This document shows positions 18,157-28,200 of a stretch of DNA of 44,504 nt, piece after piece. The DNA lies in NCBI GenBank assembly GCA_029098125.1, contig JAQXNS010000065.1, positions 1 through 44,504 of the forward strand, read 5' to 3'. The notes under the pieces are model-generated. The model was not told where the DNA came from. It searched no databases and saw only the letters and a program-made list of their open reading frames with translations. Every line of letters begins with the position of its first letter. The stretch's first letter is position 1. The DNA comes from a bacterium. GTDB taxonomy: Bacteria > Bacillota_I > Bacilli_A > RFN20 > CAG-826. The position numbers and the translations under genes were made by a program.

Positions 18157-19155
18157 ATGGCAGAAGAAACAAAAGTTGAAACAGTTGAAGTAGCAGCTGC
18201 TGAAACAAACGTTATGGATACAATTGTCCATGATGAAAACGCAAGTGTCGTAACACTTAAAAAATTACTTGAAGCTGGTGTTCATTATGGACATCCAACA
18301 AAAAAATGGAATCCAAAAATGGGAAAATATATTTATTGCCCAAGAAATGGAATCTACATTATCGATTTAAACAAAACTAAAGATGCTTTAACAGATGCTT
18401 ATAAAAAACTTGAAAGCATTGTTTTAGAAGGTGGAAAAGTTTTAATCGTTGGTACTAAAGATAACGCTAAAGAAATCGTTGAAGCAGAAGCTTTAAGAAG
18501 TGGTTCATTCTATATCACAAATAGATGGCTTGGTGGTATTTTAACTAACTTTAAAACAATTCAAACAAGAATTAGAAAATTAAAAGATCTTGAAAGTGCT
18601 GAAGATGATGGCTCATGGGATAGATTGCCAAAGAAAGAAGCTATCGCTTTAAGAAAAGAAAAAGAAAAATTAGCTAAAAACCTTGAAGGTATCAAGGAAA
18701 TGAGAAAACTTCCTAATGCTATTATCGTTATCGATCCAACTGAAGAAGTCAATGCATGTAAAGAAGCAAAAAAATTAAACATTCCAGTATTTGCTATTTG
18801 TGATACAAATTGTGATCCAGATGGTATTGATTATGTCATTCCTGGAAACGATGATGCTACAAAATCAATTTCTATGATTCTTGGTATTTTAAATGATGCT
18901 GTAGTTGAAGCTAAAGGTGGTTTACCACAAATCGCTTATTCTAAAGATGAAGGCGAAGAAGTTACAATGAAAGATGCTATCAGACAAGCAGATAGAGAAA
19001 ATGCTTTACGTTTAGCAGCAAGAAGAGAAATGCAAAGAGAAAAAATGGAAAGAGAAAAACAAAAAAGAGAAGCTTTCCTTGCAAGACAAAATGCTGCTCA
19101 AAAAGAACAAAGTGTTGAAAATAAAGCTCCAAAAGCTGAAAAAGCAGCACAATAA
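18157..19155 (+). CDS. rpsB: 30S ribosomal protein S2 (with N- and C-terminal extensions)
   Basis: LLEAGVHYGH S2 signature. AGGAGG lies 8 nt upstream of the ATG. 332 aa, with an acidic N-terminal region of about 30 aa and a K/E/R-rich C-terminal tail. Confidence 0.95.
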   Translation: MAEETKVETVEVAAAETNVMDTIVHDENASVVTLKKLLEAGVHYGHPTKKWNPKMGKYIYCPRNGIYIIDLNKTKDALTDAYKKLESIVLEGGKVLIVGTKDNAKEIVEAEALRSGSFYITNRWLGGILTNFKTIQTRIRKLKDLESAEDDGSWDRLPKKEAIALRKEKEKLAKNLEGIKEMRKLPNAIIVIDPTEEVNACKEAKKLNIPVFAICDTNCDPDGIDYVIPGNDDATKSISMILGILNDAVVEAKGGLPQIAYSKDEGEEVTMKDAIRQADRENALRLAARREMQREKMEREKQKREAFLARQNAAQKEQSVENKAPKAEKAAQ

Positions 19156-19168
19156 TTAGGAGAATACA

Positions 19169-20038
19169 ATGGCAAACATTGAATTAATTAAAATTTTAAG
19201 AGACAGAACTGGTGCAGGTATCATGGATTGTAAAAATGCATTAGCTGCTACTGGTGATGATGTCGATAAAGCGTGTGATTGGTTAAGAGAAAAAGGTATC
19301 GCTAAACAAGCTAAAAAAGCTGACAGAATTGCTGCTGAAGGTCTAGTTACGATTGCAAAATGTGATAAATGCGGAAAAGCAGTTATTGTTGAAGTCAACT
19401 GTGAAACAGATTTCGTTGCTAAATCAGATCCTTTCAAAGAACTTGTTAACGAATGTGCTGATTCAGTTTTAAAAAATGATGTTAAAACAAACGAAGAAGC
19501 AATTTCTTTAAATGAAAAATTATTTACAGATGCAACAGTTAAACTTGGTGAAAAATTAAGCTTTAGAAGATTCCAAAAAGTTGAAAAAACTGGAACACAA
19601 GGATTTGGAACATATATTCATGGACAAGGTAGAATTGGTGTTATTGTTCTTCTCGAAAAAGAAGACGCAGAATTAGCTAAAGGTTTATCAATGCATATTG
19701 CTGCTAACAATCCTAAATATGTCCATATGGATGATATTCCACAAGATGTTATTGAAGCTGAAAAGAAAATTCAACTCGAAACCTGTAAAAATGATCCTAA
19801 ATTAGCTTCAAAACCTGAACAAGCATTAGCAAATATTGTTAAAGGTAAAGTTAATAAAATTTTCTCAGAATCAGTTCTTGATGATCAAATATACTTAATG
19901 GACGGAGAAAAGAAAGTTTCTCAAGTTTTAGTTGAAAAAGGCAATAAAGTTGTCTCATTCGTAAGATTTGCAGTAGGTGAAGGAATCGAAAAAAGACACG
20001 AAAACTTTGCTGAAGAAGTAGCAAAGCAATCTGCATAA
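19169..20038 (+). CDS. tsf: translation elongation factor Ts
   Basis: LRDRTGAGIMDCKNAL UBA-like N-terminal signature, 289 aa, directly after rpsB. Confidence 0.95.
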   Translation: MANIELIKILRDRTGAGIMDCKNALAATGDDVDKACDWLREKGIAKQAKKADRIAAEGLVTIAKCDKCGKAVIVEVNCETDFVAKSDPFKELVNECADSVLKNDVKTNEEAISLNEKLFTDATVKLGEKLSFRRFQKVEKTGTQGFGTYIHGQGRIGVIVLLEKEDAELAKGLSMHIAANNPKYVHMDDIPQDVIEAEKKIQLETCKNDPKLASKPEQALANIVKGKVNKIFSESVLDDQIYLMDGEKKVSQVLVEKGNKVVSFVRFAVGEGIEKRHENFAEEVAKQSA

Positions 20039-20059
20039 TTATCTTATAATACGTCAAAT

Positions 20060-20084
20060 AGAGGCGAAATTTCGCCTCTTTTTA
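20060..20084 (+). terminator. rho-independent terminator after tsf
   Basis: AGAGGCGAA-AT-TTCGCCTCT perfect stem followed by TTTTT. Confidence 0.85.
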
Positions 20085-20135
20085 TGTGCTTTTTTTGTTT
20101 AATTTTAACCTTTAATAAACTATAATAAGTGGAGT

Positions 20136-20858
20136 ATGAAAAAACCTTATAAAACAGTTATTTTAAAATTAAGTGGAGAAGCTTTGCATGATTCAAATTC
20201 TAATTCGATTTTAGATGCAAAGAAGTTAAACGACATTGGTAAATTAGTTCAAGATTTAATATCTTTAAACGTTAGAGTTGGAATTGTAACTGGAGCTGGA
20301 AACATTTTTAGAGGAAGAATCGCACATGAAGCTGGAATAAAAGTAGTCGATGGCGATTATATGGGTATGGTTGGAACAGTTATAAATTGCAAAGCTATTT
20401 CGAGTATTTTAGATAAATTTGGAATAAAAAACGTATTGTATAGTGCTTTAGCTGTTGAAGATGTTGCAATTAAATTTGATGAACAAGACGCTATCAACAA
20501 ATTGAATGACGGTTATGTTTTGATTTTTGCCGGCGGATTAGGCAGACCTGGAATTACAACAGATTCTACTGCCGCAAAACGTGCTATACAAATTAATGCT
20601 GATGCAATTTTAGCTGGTAAAAACGGTGTTGATGGCGTTTATGACAAAGACCCTAATAAATTTAATGATGCAAAATTCTTAAAATCATTAACTTATCAAC
20701 AAGTTCTTGATATGGATTTAAAAGTCATGGACATTGGCGCAATTGAAATTTTAAAACAATCTGAAGTTGAAACTAGAGTGTTTTCGATGGAGGATATAAA
20801 TAATTTTATTAAAGTTGTTCAAGGCGAAGAACTTGGTACAACGATAACAAAGGAGTAA
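20136..20858 (+). CDS. pyrH: UMP kinase
   Basis: VILKLSGEAL N-terminus and GAGNIFRG motif of the amino-acid-kinase-fold UMP kinase. Confidence 0.95.
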   Translation: MKKPYKTVILKLSGEALHDSNSNSILDAKKLNDIGKLVQDLISLNVRVGIVTGAGNIFRGRIAHEAGIKVVDGDYMGMVGTVINCKAISSILDKFGIKNVLYSALAVEDVAIKFDEQDAINKLNDGYVLIFAGGLGRPGITTDSTAAKRAIQINADAILAGKNGVDGVYDKDPNKFNDAKFLKSLTYQQVLDMDLKVMDIGAIEILKQSEVETRVFSMEDINNFIKVVQGEELGTTITKE

Positions 20859-20861
20859 TTT

Positions 20862-21404
20862 ATGGATATTTTAGACGAAATCAAAGGAAGAATGGATAAA
20901 GCTGTTGAAAATTTAAAAGCAAATTTAAACACTTTAAGAACTGGTAGAGCTAACGCAGCATTACTTGATAATCTTTATTGTGATTATTATGGTGATAAAA
21001 TGCTCGTAAACCAAATTGCAGCTATCAAAGTTCCAGAGCCAAGACAATTATTAATTACACCTTACGATTCAAATGATGTCAAGTCAATCGTAGCTGCTAT
21101 TTCAAAAAGTGAAATTGGAATTAATCCAATTGTCGATGGAAAATCAATTAGATTAATAATCCCTGCTTTAACTGAAGATAGAAGAAGAGAACTTGTTAAA
21201 AAAGCAAAAAACTATGGTGAAGAAACAAAAATAGCTATTAGAAATATTAGACGTGATTATATGGATATTATCAAAGAAGATGATACATATACTGAAGATA
21301 CACGTAAAAAAGAAGAAGAACAAGTTCAAAAGATTACTGATGCTTCAATTAAAAATGTTGATTCAATCATTAAAGTAAAATCTGACGAAATCTTAGCTAT
21401 CTAG
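20862..21404 (+). CDS. frr: ribosome recycling factor
   Basis: LRTGRANAALLD and IRNIRRD motifs, 180 aa. Confidence 0.95.
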   Translation: MDILDEIKGRMDKAVENLKANLNTLRTGRANAALLDNLYCDYYGDKMLVNQIAAIKVPEPRQLLITPYDSNDVKSIVAAISKSEIGINPIVDGKSIRLIIPALTEDRRRELVKKAKNYGEETKIAIRNIRRDYMDIIKEDDTYTEDTRKKEEEQVQKITDASIKNVDSIIKVKSDEILAI

Positions 21405-21406
21405 TT

Positions 21407-22519
21407 ATGGTAAAAGAGGATAATATAAAAGAAGAAACTCATTTACAACAAGATCCATCCGATAATAAAAGCTTTAAACGTGAACATTATATGAACAATC
21501 TTAATGTGGAACAAAAACATTCCATGAAAGATCGTTTATTAGTTGGTGTTTTGCTTGTTGTAGTTACTGTTCCATGTATTGTAATTGGCAACTATATTTT
21601 TCTTGCGCTTGCACTTTTTGCTGCAATGATTGCTAGTCACGAAATCGTTAAAGCACCTCAATCAATCGAAAATAGATTTCATAATTCGGTATACATCTTT
21701 ACATATTTAATGATGTTTTCGATGATTAGCCGGATTATTGTAAAAAATAATTTAATGAATTATGTTGAGTCAGCCGATAAAAGTACTTGGATTTTCGATT
21801 TATCAACAAACTTTTTTGGTTTAAAAGCTAGCTTAGTTAATATAATGATATGTTTTGGATTCTTTTTTGTATCAGCATTGTTCGACAAAAATGTCACTAT
21901 TTCAGATGCATTTTATTTTGTTGTAATGATTACTATGGTTGCAATAGGATTTCAATCAATATTATTTTTGCGATATGCTCCTTTTGCTTATTCTGGTTTA
22001 TTAACTGAAAGCGGAAAAGCACGGACTTATTATACTGCTCCTGACTATTTTAAATATGGACAATCAATTTTATTAGTTCTTTATATGTTTATTGGAACTT
22101 GTATGAATGATGTAGGGGCATATTTTATCGGAGTTTTATTTGGTAAACACAAGATGTGCCCAAGAATTTCTCCAAAGAAAACATGGGAAGGTTTTGTTGG
22201 CGGACTTGTTATATCAACAGTTTTCTCTTTCGGATTTGCTCTCACTATGGATTTATGCGAGGTCCCATTGTTGCCTGGAGTTTTAGACTCAGCACATTTT
22301 TATAATATAATCATTTTGTCTTTATTAATGCCAATATTTTCTGTTTTCGGCGACTTACTATTTTCACAGATTAAAAGATATTTTCATATTAAAGATTTTG
22401 GTACAGCACTTAGAAGTCATGGTGGCATTTTAGATAGATTAGATTCAATCTTAATTACTTCGATAATGATGGCTATTATGATTGAATTTATGTCGCATAA
22501 TTGGAACGTTTTACAATAA
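21407..22519 (+). CDS. cdsA: phosphatidate cytidylyltransferase CdsA (long form)
   Basis: SPKKTWEGFVGG and GDLLFSQIKR CdsA signatures. At 370 aa it is roughly 100 aa longer than typical. It has a hydrophilic N-terminus, and the start codon is uncertain because no clear RBS precedes any candidate ATG. Confidence 0.85.
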   Translation: MVKEDNIKEETHLQQDPSDNKSFKREHYMNNLNVEQKHSMKDRLLVGVLLVVVTVPCIVIGNYIFLALALFAAMIASHEIVKAPQSIENRFHNSVYIFTYLMMFSMISRIIVKNNLMNYVESADKSTWIFDLSTNFFGLKASLVNIMICFGFFFVSALFDKNVTISDAFYFVVMITMVAIGFQSILFLRYAPFAYSGLLTESGKARTYYTAPDYFKYGQSILLVLYMFIGTCMNDVGAYFIGVLFGKHKMCPRISPKKTWEGFVGGLVISTVFSFGFALTMDLCEVPLLPGVLDSAHFYNIIILSLLMPIFSVFGDLLFSQIKRYFHIKDFGTALRSHGGILDRLDSILITSIMMAIMIEFMSHNWNVLQ

Positions 22520-23680
22520 ATGAAAAACGTTTTATTGCTTGGGGGTGGTGGTTCGATAGGCACCCAATCTATCGATGTAATTTCAAAAAACCCTGCAAAA
22601 CTCAACTTAATTGGAATTTCTTTTGGAGATAGAGTCGAAACTTTACCTTCTCTTATTAATAATTTTCCTTCTTTAAAATATGTTTGTTTTAAGAATGAAA
22701 AAGATTTTTTATTCTTTAAAACCATTTATAAAGATATTAATTTTTATCACGGGAATGAAGGCTTAATAAATATAATAAGTGATTCTAACGCTGATTATGT
22801 TTTGAATGCGTTAATTGGTTTTGTCGGCTTTTTGCCTAGTATTAAAACACTAGAATTGAACAAAACATTGTTACTTGCAAATAAAGAAAGTTTAATTGTC
22901 GGTGGTACTTTAATAAATGATTTATTAAGTAGTGGCCATGGAAAATTATATCCAATCGATAGCGAACACGTAGCCATTGCAAAATGTCTTTTTAATGGCA
23001 AAGGAAAAGATATTGAAAAGATCTTAATCACTGCTAGTGGTGGACCATTCTTTGATTGGAAATTAGAAAATTTCAAAAACATTACAGTTAAAGATGCCCT
23101 AAACCATCCAACTTGGTCAATGGGCAAAAAAATAACAATTGATAGTTCCACAATGATGAATAAGTGTTTTGAAATCATTGAAGCACATCATTTATTTCAT
23201 GTTTCAAGTGATATGATTGAACCGATTGTTGATAGAAAAAGTTATGTACACAGTATGGTCAAATTCAAAGATGGTACGATGCTTCTTCAAGTTGGCCCAA
23301 GCGATATGAGAGTACCTATTTCTTATGCTTTATTTGAAGGTATACCAGAAAATGGCAAATATTTTAATGATGTTGAGGAAAATACTGAGTCAAAATACCT
23401 TTTTAAGAATATGGATTATGAAAAATTCCCTCTAATAAGATATGCAAAATATGTTCTTGATAAAGAAGGTAATTCTGGCGCAGCATTAAATGCAGTAAAC
23501 GAGGAATGCGTTTATGCTTTCCTTGATAAAAAAATCAATTATATTGATATAATTTCTATTATTGATAAAATTATGAAAGTTTATCAATTTATTGATAAAC
23601 CTACGTTACAAGATTTGTTAGATACGGATTCTCAGGTTAGAGAATTAACAAGGAGAATAATAAAAGAATATGAAAATTAA
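22520..23680 (+). CDS. dxr: 1-deoxy-D-xylulose-5-phosphate reductoisomerase
   Basis: LLLGGGGSIGTQSIDV NADPH-binding N-terminus, NKESLI and DSEH motifs. Confidence 0.9.
   Translation: MKNVLLLGGGGSIGTQSIDVISKNPAKLNLIGISFGDRVETLPSLINNFPSLKYVCFKNEKDFLFFKTIYKDINFYHGNEGLINIISDSNADYVLNALIGFVGFLPSIKTLELNKTLLLANKESLIVGGTLINDLLSSGHGKLYPIDSEHVAIAKCLFNGKGKDIEKILITASGGPFFDWKLENFKNITVKDALNHPTWSMGKKITIDSSTMMNKCFEIIEAHHLFHVSSDMIEPIVDRKSYVHSMVKFKDGTMLLQVGPSDMRVPISYALFEGIPENGKYFNDVEENTESKYLFKNMDYEKFPLIRYAKYVLDKEGNSGAALNAVNEECVYAFLDKKINYIDIISIIDKIMKVYQFIDKPTLQDLLDTDSQVRELTRRIIKEYEN
22586..22607 (-). repeat. intragenic copy of the repeated motif (inside dxr codons K-N-P-A-K-L-N)
   Basis: AAAAACCCTGCAAAACTCAACT is the exact 22/22 reverse complement of 32473-32494. 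Confidence 0.9.
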
Positions 23681-25226
23681 TATTTTTCTAAATTTAAATA
23701 CAATGTTATCTATTTTATTATTTTTGATCGCATTAGGCGTTTTAGTCTCGATACATGAACTTGGACATTTTATTGCTGCTAAGAGTTTTAAAGTATACTG
23801 TTCAGATTTTTCTATCGGTTTTGGTCCAAAAATTTTAAAACTAAAAAGAAAAACTGGTGAAACTACTTTTTCATTAGGAATTGTCCCTTTTGGTGGCTAT
23901 GTTTCTATGTATGGTGACGAAAATGACGATAACGATGCAATAGTAGATGTACCAAAGGAAAGAAGTTTGGCAGGAATTAAAAGATATAAAAGAATTATTA
24001 TCATGAGCGCAGGCATTATAATGAACTTTGTCTTAGCTTATATTTTGTTTTTTATTAGTGCTTCATGCTTTCCACAAACCATTGTTAACTCTTTTTATGA
24101 GGTAGACAAAAACCAAACTTCATTAACTGTTCATGGTGAAAATCCTAAATTTGGAAATAATGATGAATTTTTAACTAAAGCTTTTATTTATGAAAACGGA
24201 AATTTTGTTAGTGCGACAAAAGATACAATAAATCAAGGAAATGTTATTTATTATTTATCAAAGGAACCTTTTTCTGTTAATGGTGATTCTGAAACAGGCG
24301 ATAAATATGTAGCAACATTGAATTATCAGTTATCAAGCTTAAAAGAAACCGATGTTTCAAAAAATATTGTTCTATATAAAGCAGATTTAGAAAATGTTGT
24401 TGATGGATATACAATGATTAAAATTGAAGATGGCAAGGCTATCAAATATGAACATTCAAACAATGACACCTTTAATTTTGATATATATTATGCTCATGCA
24501 AAAAGTAATGATGCAATTACTAACCCAAGTGAAGCAGAAAATCTAACATATGAGACTGAAATTGATGATGAAGGCAATGAAAAGATTAAAAAATATTCTG
24601 CTTCTTTATCTTTGAAGTCTGAAAATGGCGAATTTTCACCAATTGGAATAAGTTTCTCAAAATATGAATATTGGTACGGATGGAAGAGTTTTGAAGTTGC
24701 TGGTCAATATTGGGCTAAATCTACAACTGTTATCGCAGAAGCATTATTCAATTTATTTGTTGGTCAAGGTTGGGATCAATTAGGCGGTCCAATTGCTATT
24801 TTTTCTCAAACTACTCAAATATTAGAAAATAATCCTTTCTATATGTACCTTAGAACATGGGGCATGATTAGTGTAAATTTAGCTTTGTTTAATCTTTTAC
24901 CATTCCCTGGTTTAGATGGATGGCAAATTTTAGTAGAAATAATTGAAGGTTCTGTTAATGGCATAAAAAGAATTGGATATAAAGCTAAAAAAGATAAAAA
25001 TAAAAATGAAAATAATAGCAGTGATGAAAATGTTGATTTAAATAATCATGAGGTAGTTTCAATTACATCAAATTCAAATTTAAATATAGGTAATTCAGAA
25101 GATGATTCTTATAAAGAATGGAAAATTTCACCAAAAGTTAAAGCAATTGTTTCATACGTTGGCTTAGGAATTTTATTTCTATTTATGGCTTTTGTAATTG
25201 TTAAAGATATCATAGGATTGTTCTAA
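23670..25226 (+). CDS. rseP: RIP metalloprotease RseP/RasP (site-2 protease, M50)
   Basis: HELGHF zinc motif in TM1 and NLLPFPGLDG motif near the C-terminus. 518 aa, with a long extracytoplasmic insert and an N/D/S-rich low-complexity segment. Confidence 0.85.
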   Translation: MKINIFLNLNTMLSILLFLIALGVLVSIHELGHFIAAKSFKVYCSDFSIGFGPKILKLKRKTGETTFSLGIVPFGGYVSMYGDENDDNDAIVDVPKERSLAGIKRYKRIIIMSAGIIMNFVLAYILFFISASCFPQTIVNSFYEVDKNQTSLTVHGENPKFGNNDEFLTKAFIYENGNFVSATKDTINQGNVIYYLSKEPFSVNGDSETGDKYVATLNYQLSSLKETDVSKNIVLYKADLENVVDGYTMIKIEDGKAIKYEHSNNDTFNFDIYYAHAKSNDAITNPSEAENLTYETEIDDEGNEKIKKYSASLSLKSENGEFSPIGISFSKYEYWYGWKSFEVAGQYWAKSTTVIAEALFNLFVGQGWDQLGGPIAIFSQTTQILENNPFYMYLRTWGMISVNLALFNLLPFPGLDGWQILVEIIEGSVNGIKRIGYKAKKDKNKNENNSSDENVDLNNHEVVSITSNSNLNIGNSEDDSYKEWKISPKVKAIVSYVGLGILFLFMAFVIVKDIIGLF

Positions 25227-25227
25227 T

Positions 25228-28200
25228 ATGTTAGATAGAATGATTAGATTCCTTCATAGCATCGGTATAGATGACTATGAAAATTACGATTTAGATTTTG
25301 ATAAAATAACAAAATCTCAATTTTTTGATAATGGTTTTTCTTTTGTTATTAAAAAAGATTCGCCTTGGAATCCTTATCAAGCTGATCATTTTATTAGCGG
25401 ATTAAATAAACTCAAATATCAATATGAAATTCTTTTTATATACAATTGTGATTTTGATGAAAAATCATTAAACGAATTAATTGTTTGGTGGTATTTTAAT
25501 AACGTAAGAAAGGAATTAAAAGCTAATTTTTCTTTTACGAATAATCAAATCAAATATATATTTCAAAATGAACTAGAAAACTTAGAATTTTCAAAAAATA
25601 TCGAGGATTTGCAGGATTTTTTGAATTTTTTAAACTATCCAATTAGTGTTTCTTGCGAATTAAAGCAAGAAAAAAATGAAGAAAATTATGTGTTAGACGA
25701 CTCAAAATTTGACATTAAAAAGATTGAAGAAGAGGCAGAAGTTGAAGCACTAAATTCCCTTAAAGAAACTTATGAAAATCGAGTTTTTGATGAAAGACAA
25801 AAGTTATTATTCAAAAAAGGGGATTATCAACATGTTGACATTTCAGAAATAGATTCAAATAGTGGAAATATTGAATTCCAAGGTTTTATTTTTGAATGTA
25901 CAATAAAAGATACTAGAAAAGGTGGTAAAATAGCATCTGTTGGTGTTGGAAAAAAAGGACACCCTGATGCAATTTATGTAACCTTTATTTCTAATGAAAA
26001 AAATCTAAAAAAAGATGATTTTGAATCTTTGAATGCAATTGGTAAAAATATTTGCGTTAAAGGAAAAGCAGATCTTGATCGTTTTAAACGCAATTTATAT
26101 GTCATGGGTCATTATTTTGAAATTCTACCTGATGATGAACCAAGAAAAGATTTATCAAATGAAAAAAGAGTTGAACTTCATTTACATTCTAAAATGTCTG
26201 AAATGGATGCTGTTTCAACAATTAGTGATTATTGTAAACTTGCTAAGTCAATGGGACATAAAGCAATTGCTATAACAGATCATGGCGTTGCGCAAGCATT
26301 TCCTGAAGCACAACAAGCTGCTAAAAAGTATGGAATAAAAATGCTTTATGGTAGCGAAGTTTATATGATAGAAGATTATTTTACAGGTTGCCTTAATCCT
26401 TCAAACGCTAGAATTAGTGATGCTACCTATGTTTGTTTTGACCTTGAATCCACTGGTTTAAGTATTAAATACGATAGAATTACTGAATTTGGTGCTGTAA
26501 AAATTCAAAATGGTTTAGTTGTTGATAGATTAGATATATTAATTAATCCTGAAATTGAAATTCCAAAACATATTCAAGAAAAGACTCACATAACTACTGA
26601 GATGGTTAAAAATCAACCACCAATTAGAGATGTTATGAATCAAATTCTTGATTTTATCAAAGGCACAATCATTGTTTCTCATAATATTGAATTTGACTAT
26701 GGCATGTTGAATGAAGCTATGGAAAGAGAAGGCTTTGGATCTTTAAATATGCCTGCAATTGATACTTTAGCTATAAGTAGATATGTTTTCCCTGAGAATA
26801 GAGGACATACTCTTGGTCACTTATGTAAACGCCTTGAGATTATGTATGATACAAAAAGTGCACATAGAGCAGATTACGACGCCGAAGTCTTAGCTAATTG
26901 TTGGATGTCATTAAGAACTTCTTTTATTAAAAAAGATCCTAACATAATGCATAAAGATCTTGAAAAATTAGAAATCCCTAATAGTTCATTAAAATATTTA
27001 AGAAGTAGTCATGTTGTTTTAATTGCTAAAAATCATGAAGGTTTAAAGGATTTATATAAAATAATTTCTTATGCACACTGCGATACAATGGGAAGCCAGC
27101 CTCTTGTTCCTAGACATTTAATTTCAGAATACAGGAAAAATTTATTTGTTGGAAGTGCTTGCTTTAATGGCGAAGTTTTTTATTCATCAACAAATAGAAG
27201 CATGAAAAAACTCCATGAAGCAGTCAAATTTTATGATTATATCGAAATACAACCGCTTGAGAATTATTCTTATTTAATAAATATGAATGAGATTCCAAGT
27301 GAAAAAATGTTAAAACAATATATTAAGGATATTATCTCTGTTGCTGAAATGGAAAATAAATTAATCTGTGCAACAGGTGATTGTCATTATTTAAATCCTG
27401 AAGACAAAATTTATAGAGATGTTTATATTTCAAATCAAGCTGTTGGCGGTGTTAATCATCCATTAATGCCATTCTCTCGTTCAAATAGACAAGTTGAGGA
27501 TAATTATTTTTTTGAAAACCCAGATCAACATTTTAGATCTACTGATGAAATGCTTGATTGTTTCAGATGGTTAGGCGAAGAAAAAGCTTACGAATACGTA
27601 ATTAAAAACACAAATATTATTGCTGATGGTTGTGAAGTAATAATCCCTATTCCAGAAAATAAGTTATTCACTCCAACAATTGAAAATTGTGAAAATCTTT
27701 TAAGAGATTTGTGTTTTAATACTGCTAATAATTTATATGGTGATATTAAAAATAGTGATGATAAAGCAAAAAAATTCATTTACGAAAGATTAGAAACCGA
27801 ACTTGATGGTATTATTTCAAATGGTTACTCAGTTATTTATTATATTGCCCATAAATTAGTAAAAAAATCGAACGAAGACGGATTTATCATTGGAAGTAGA
27901 GGATCTGTTGGTTCATCTTTTGCAGCAACAATGGCCGGAATTACTGAAGTCAATCCTCTCCCTCCTCATTATCGTTGTCCTCATTGTAAAAAAGTAATTT
28001 TTTATGAAGGCAATGATATAACAAGTGGATTTGATTTACCTGATATGCTTTGTCCTGAATGTGGAGAGAAAATGATCACTGATGGTCAAAATATTCCTTT
28101 CCAAACATTCTTAGGATTTAAAGCAGAAAAAGTCCCTGATATCGACTTGAATTTTCCTACAGATTATCAAGCAAAAGCTCATTTATATACCAAAGTTTTA

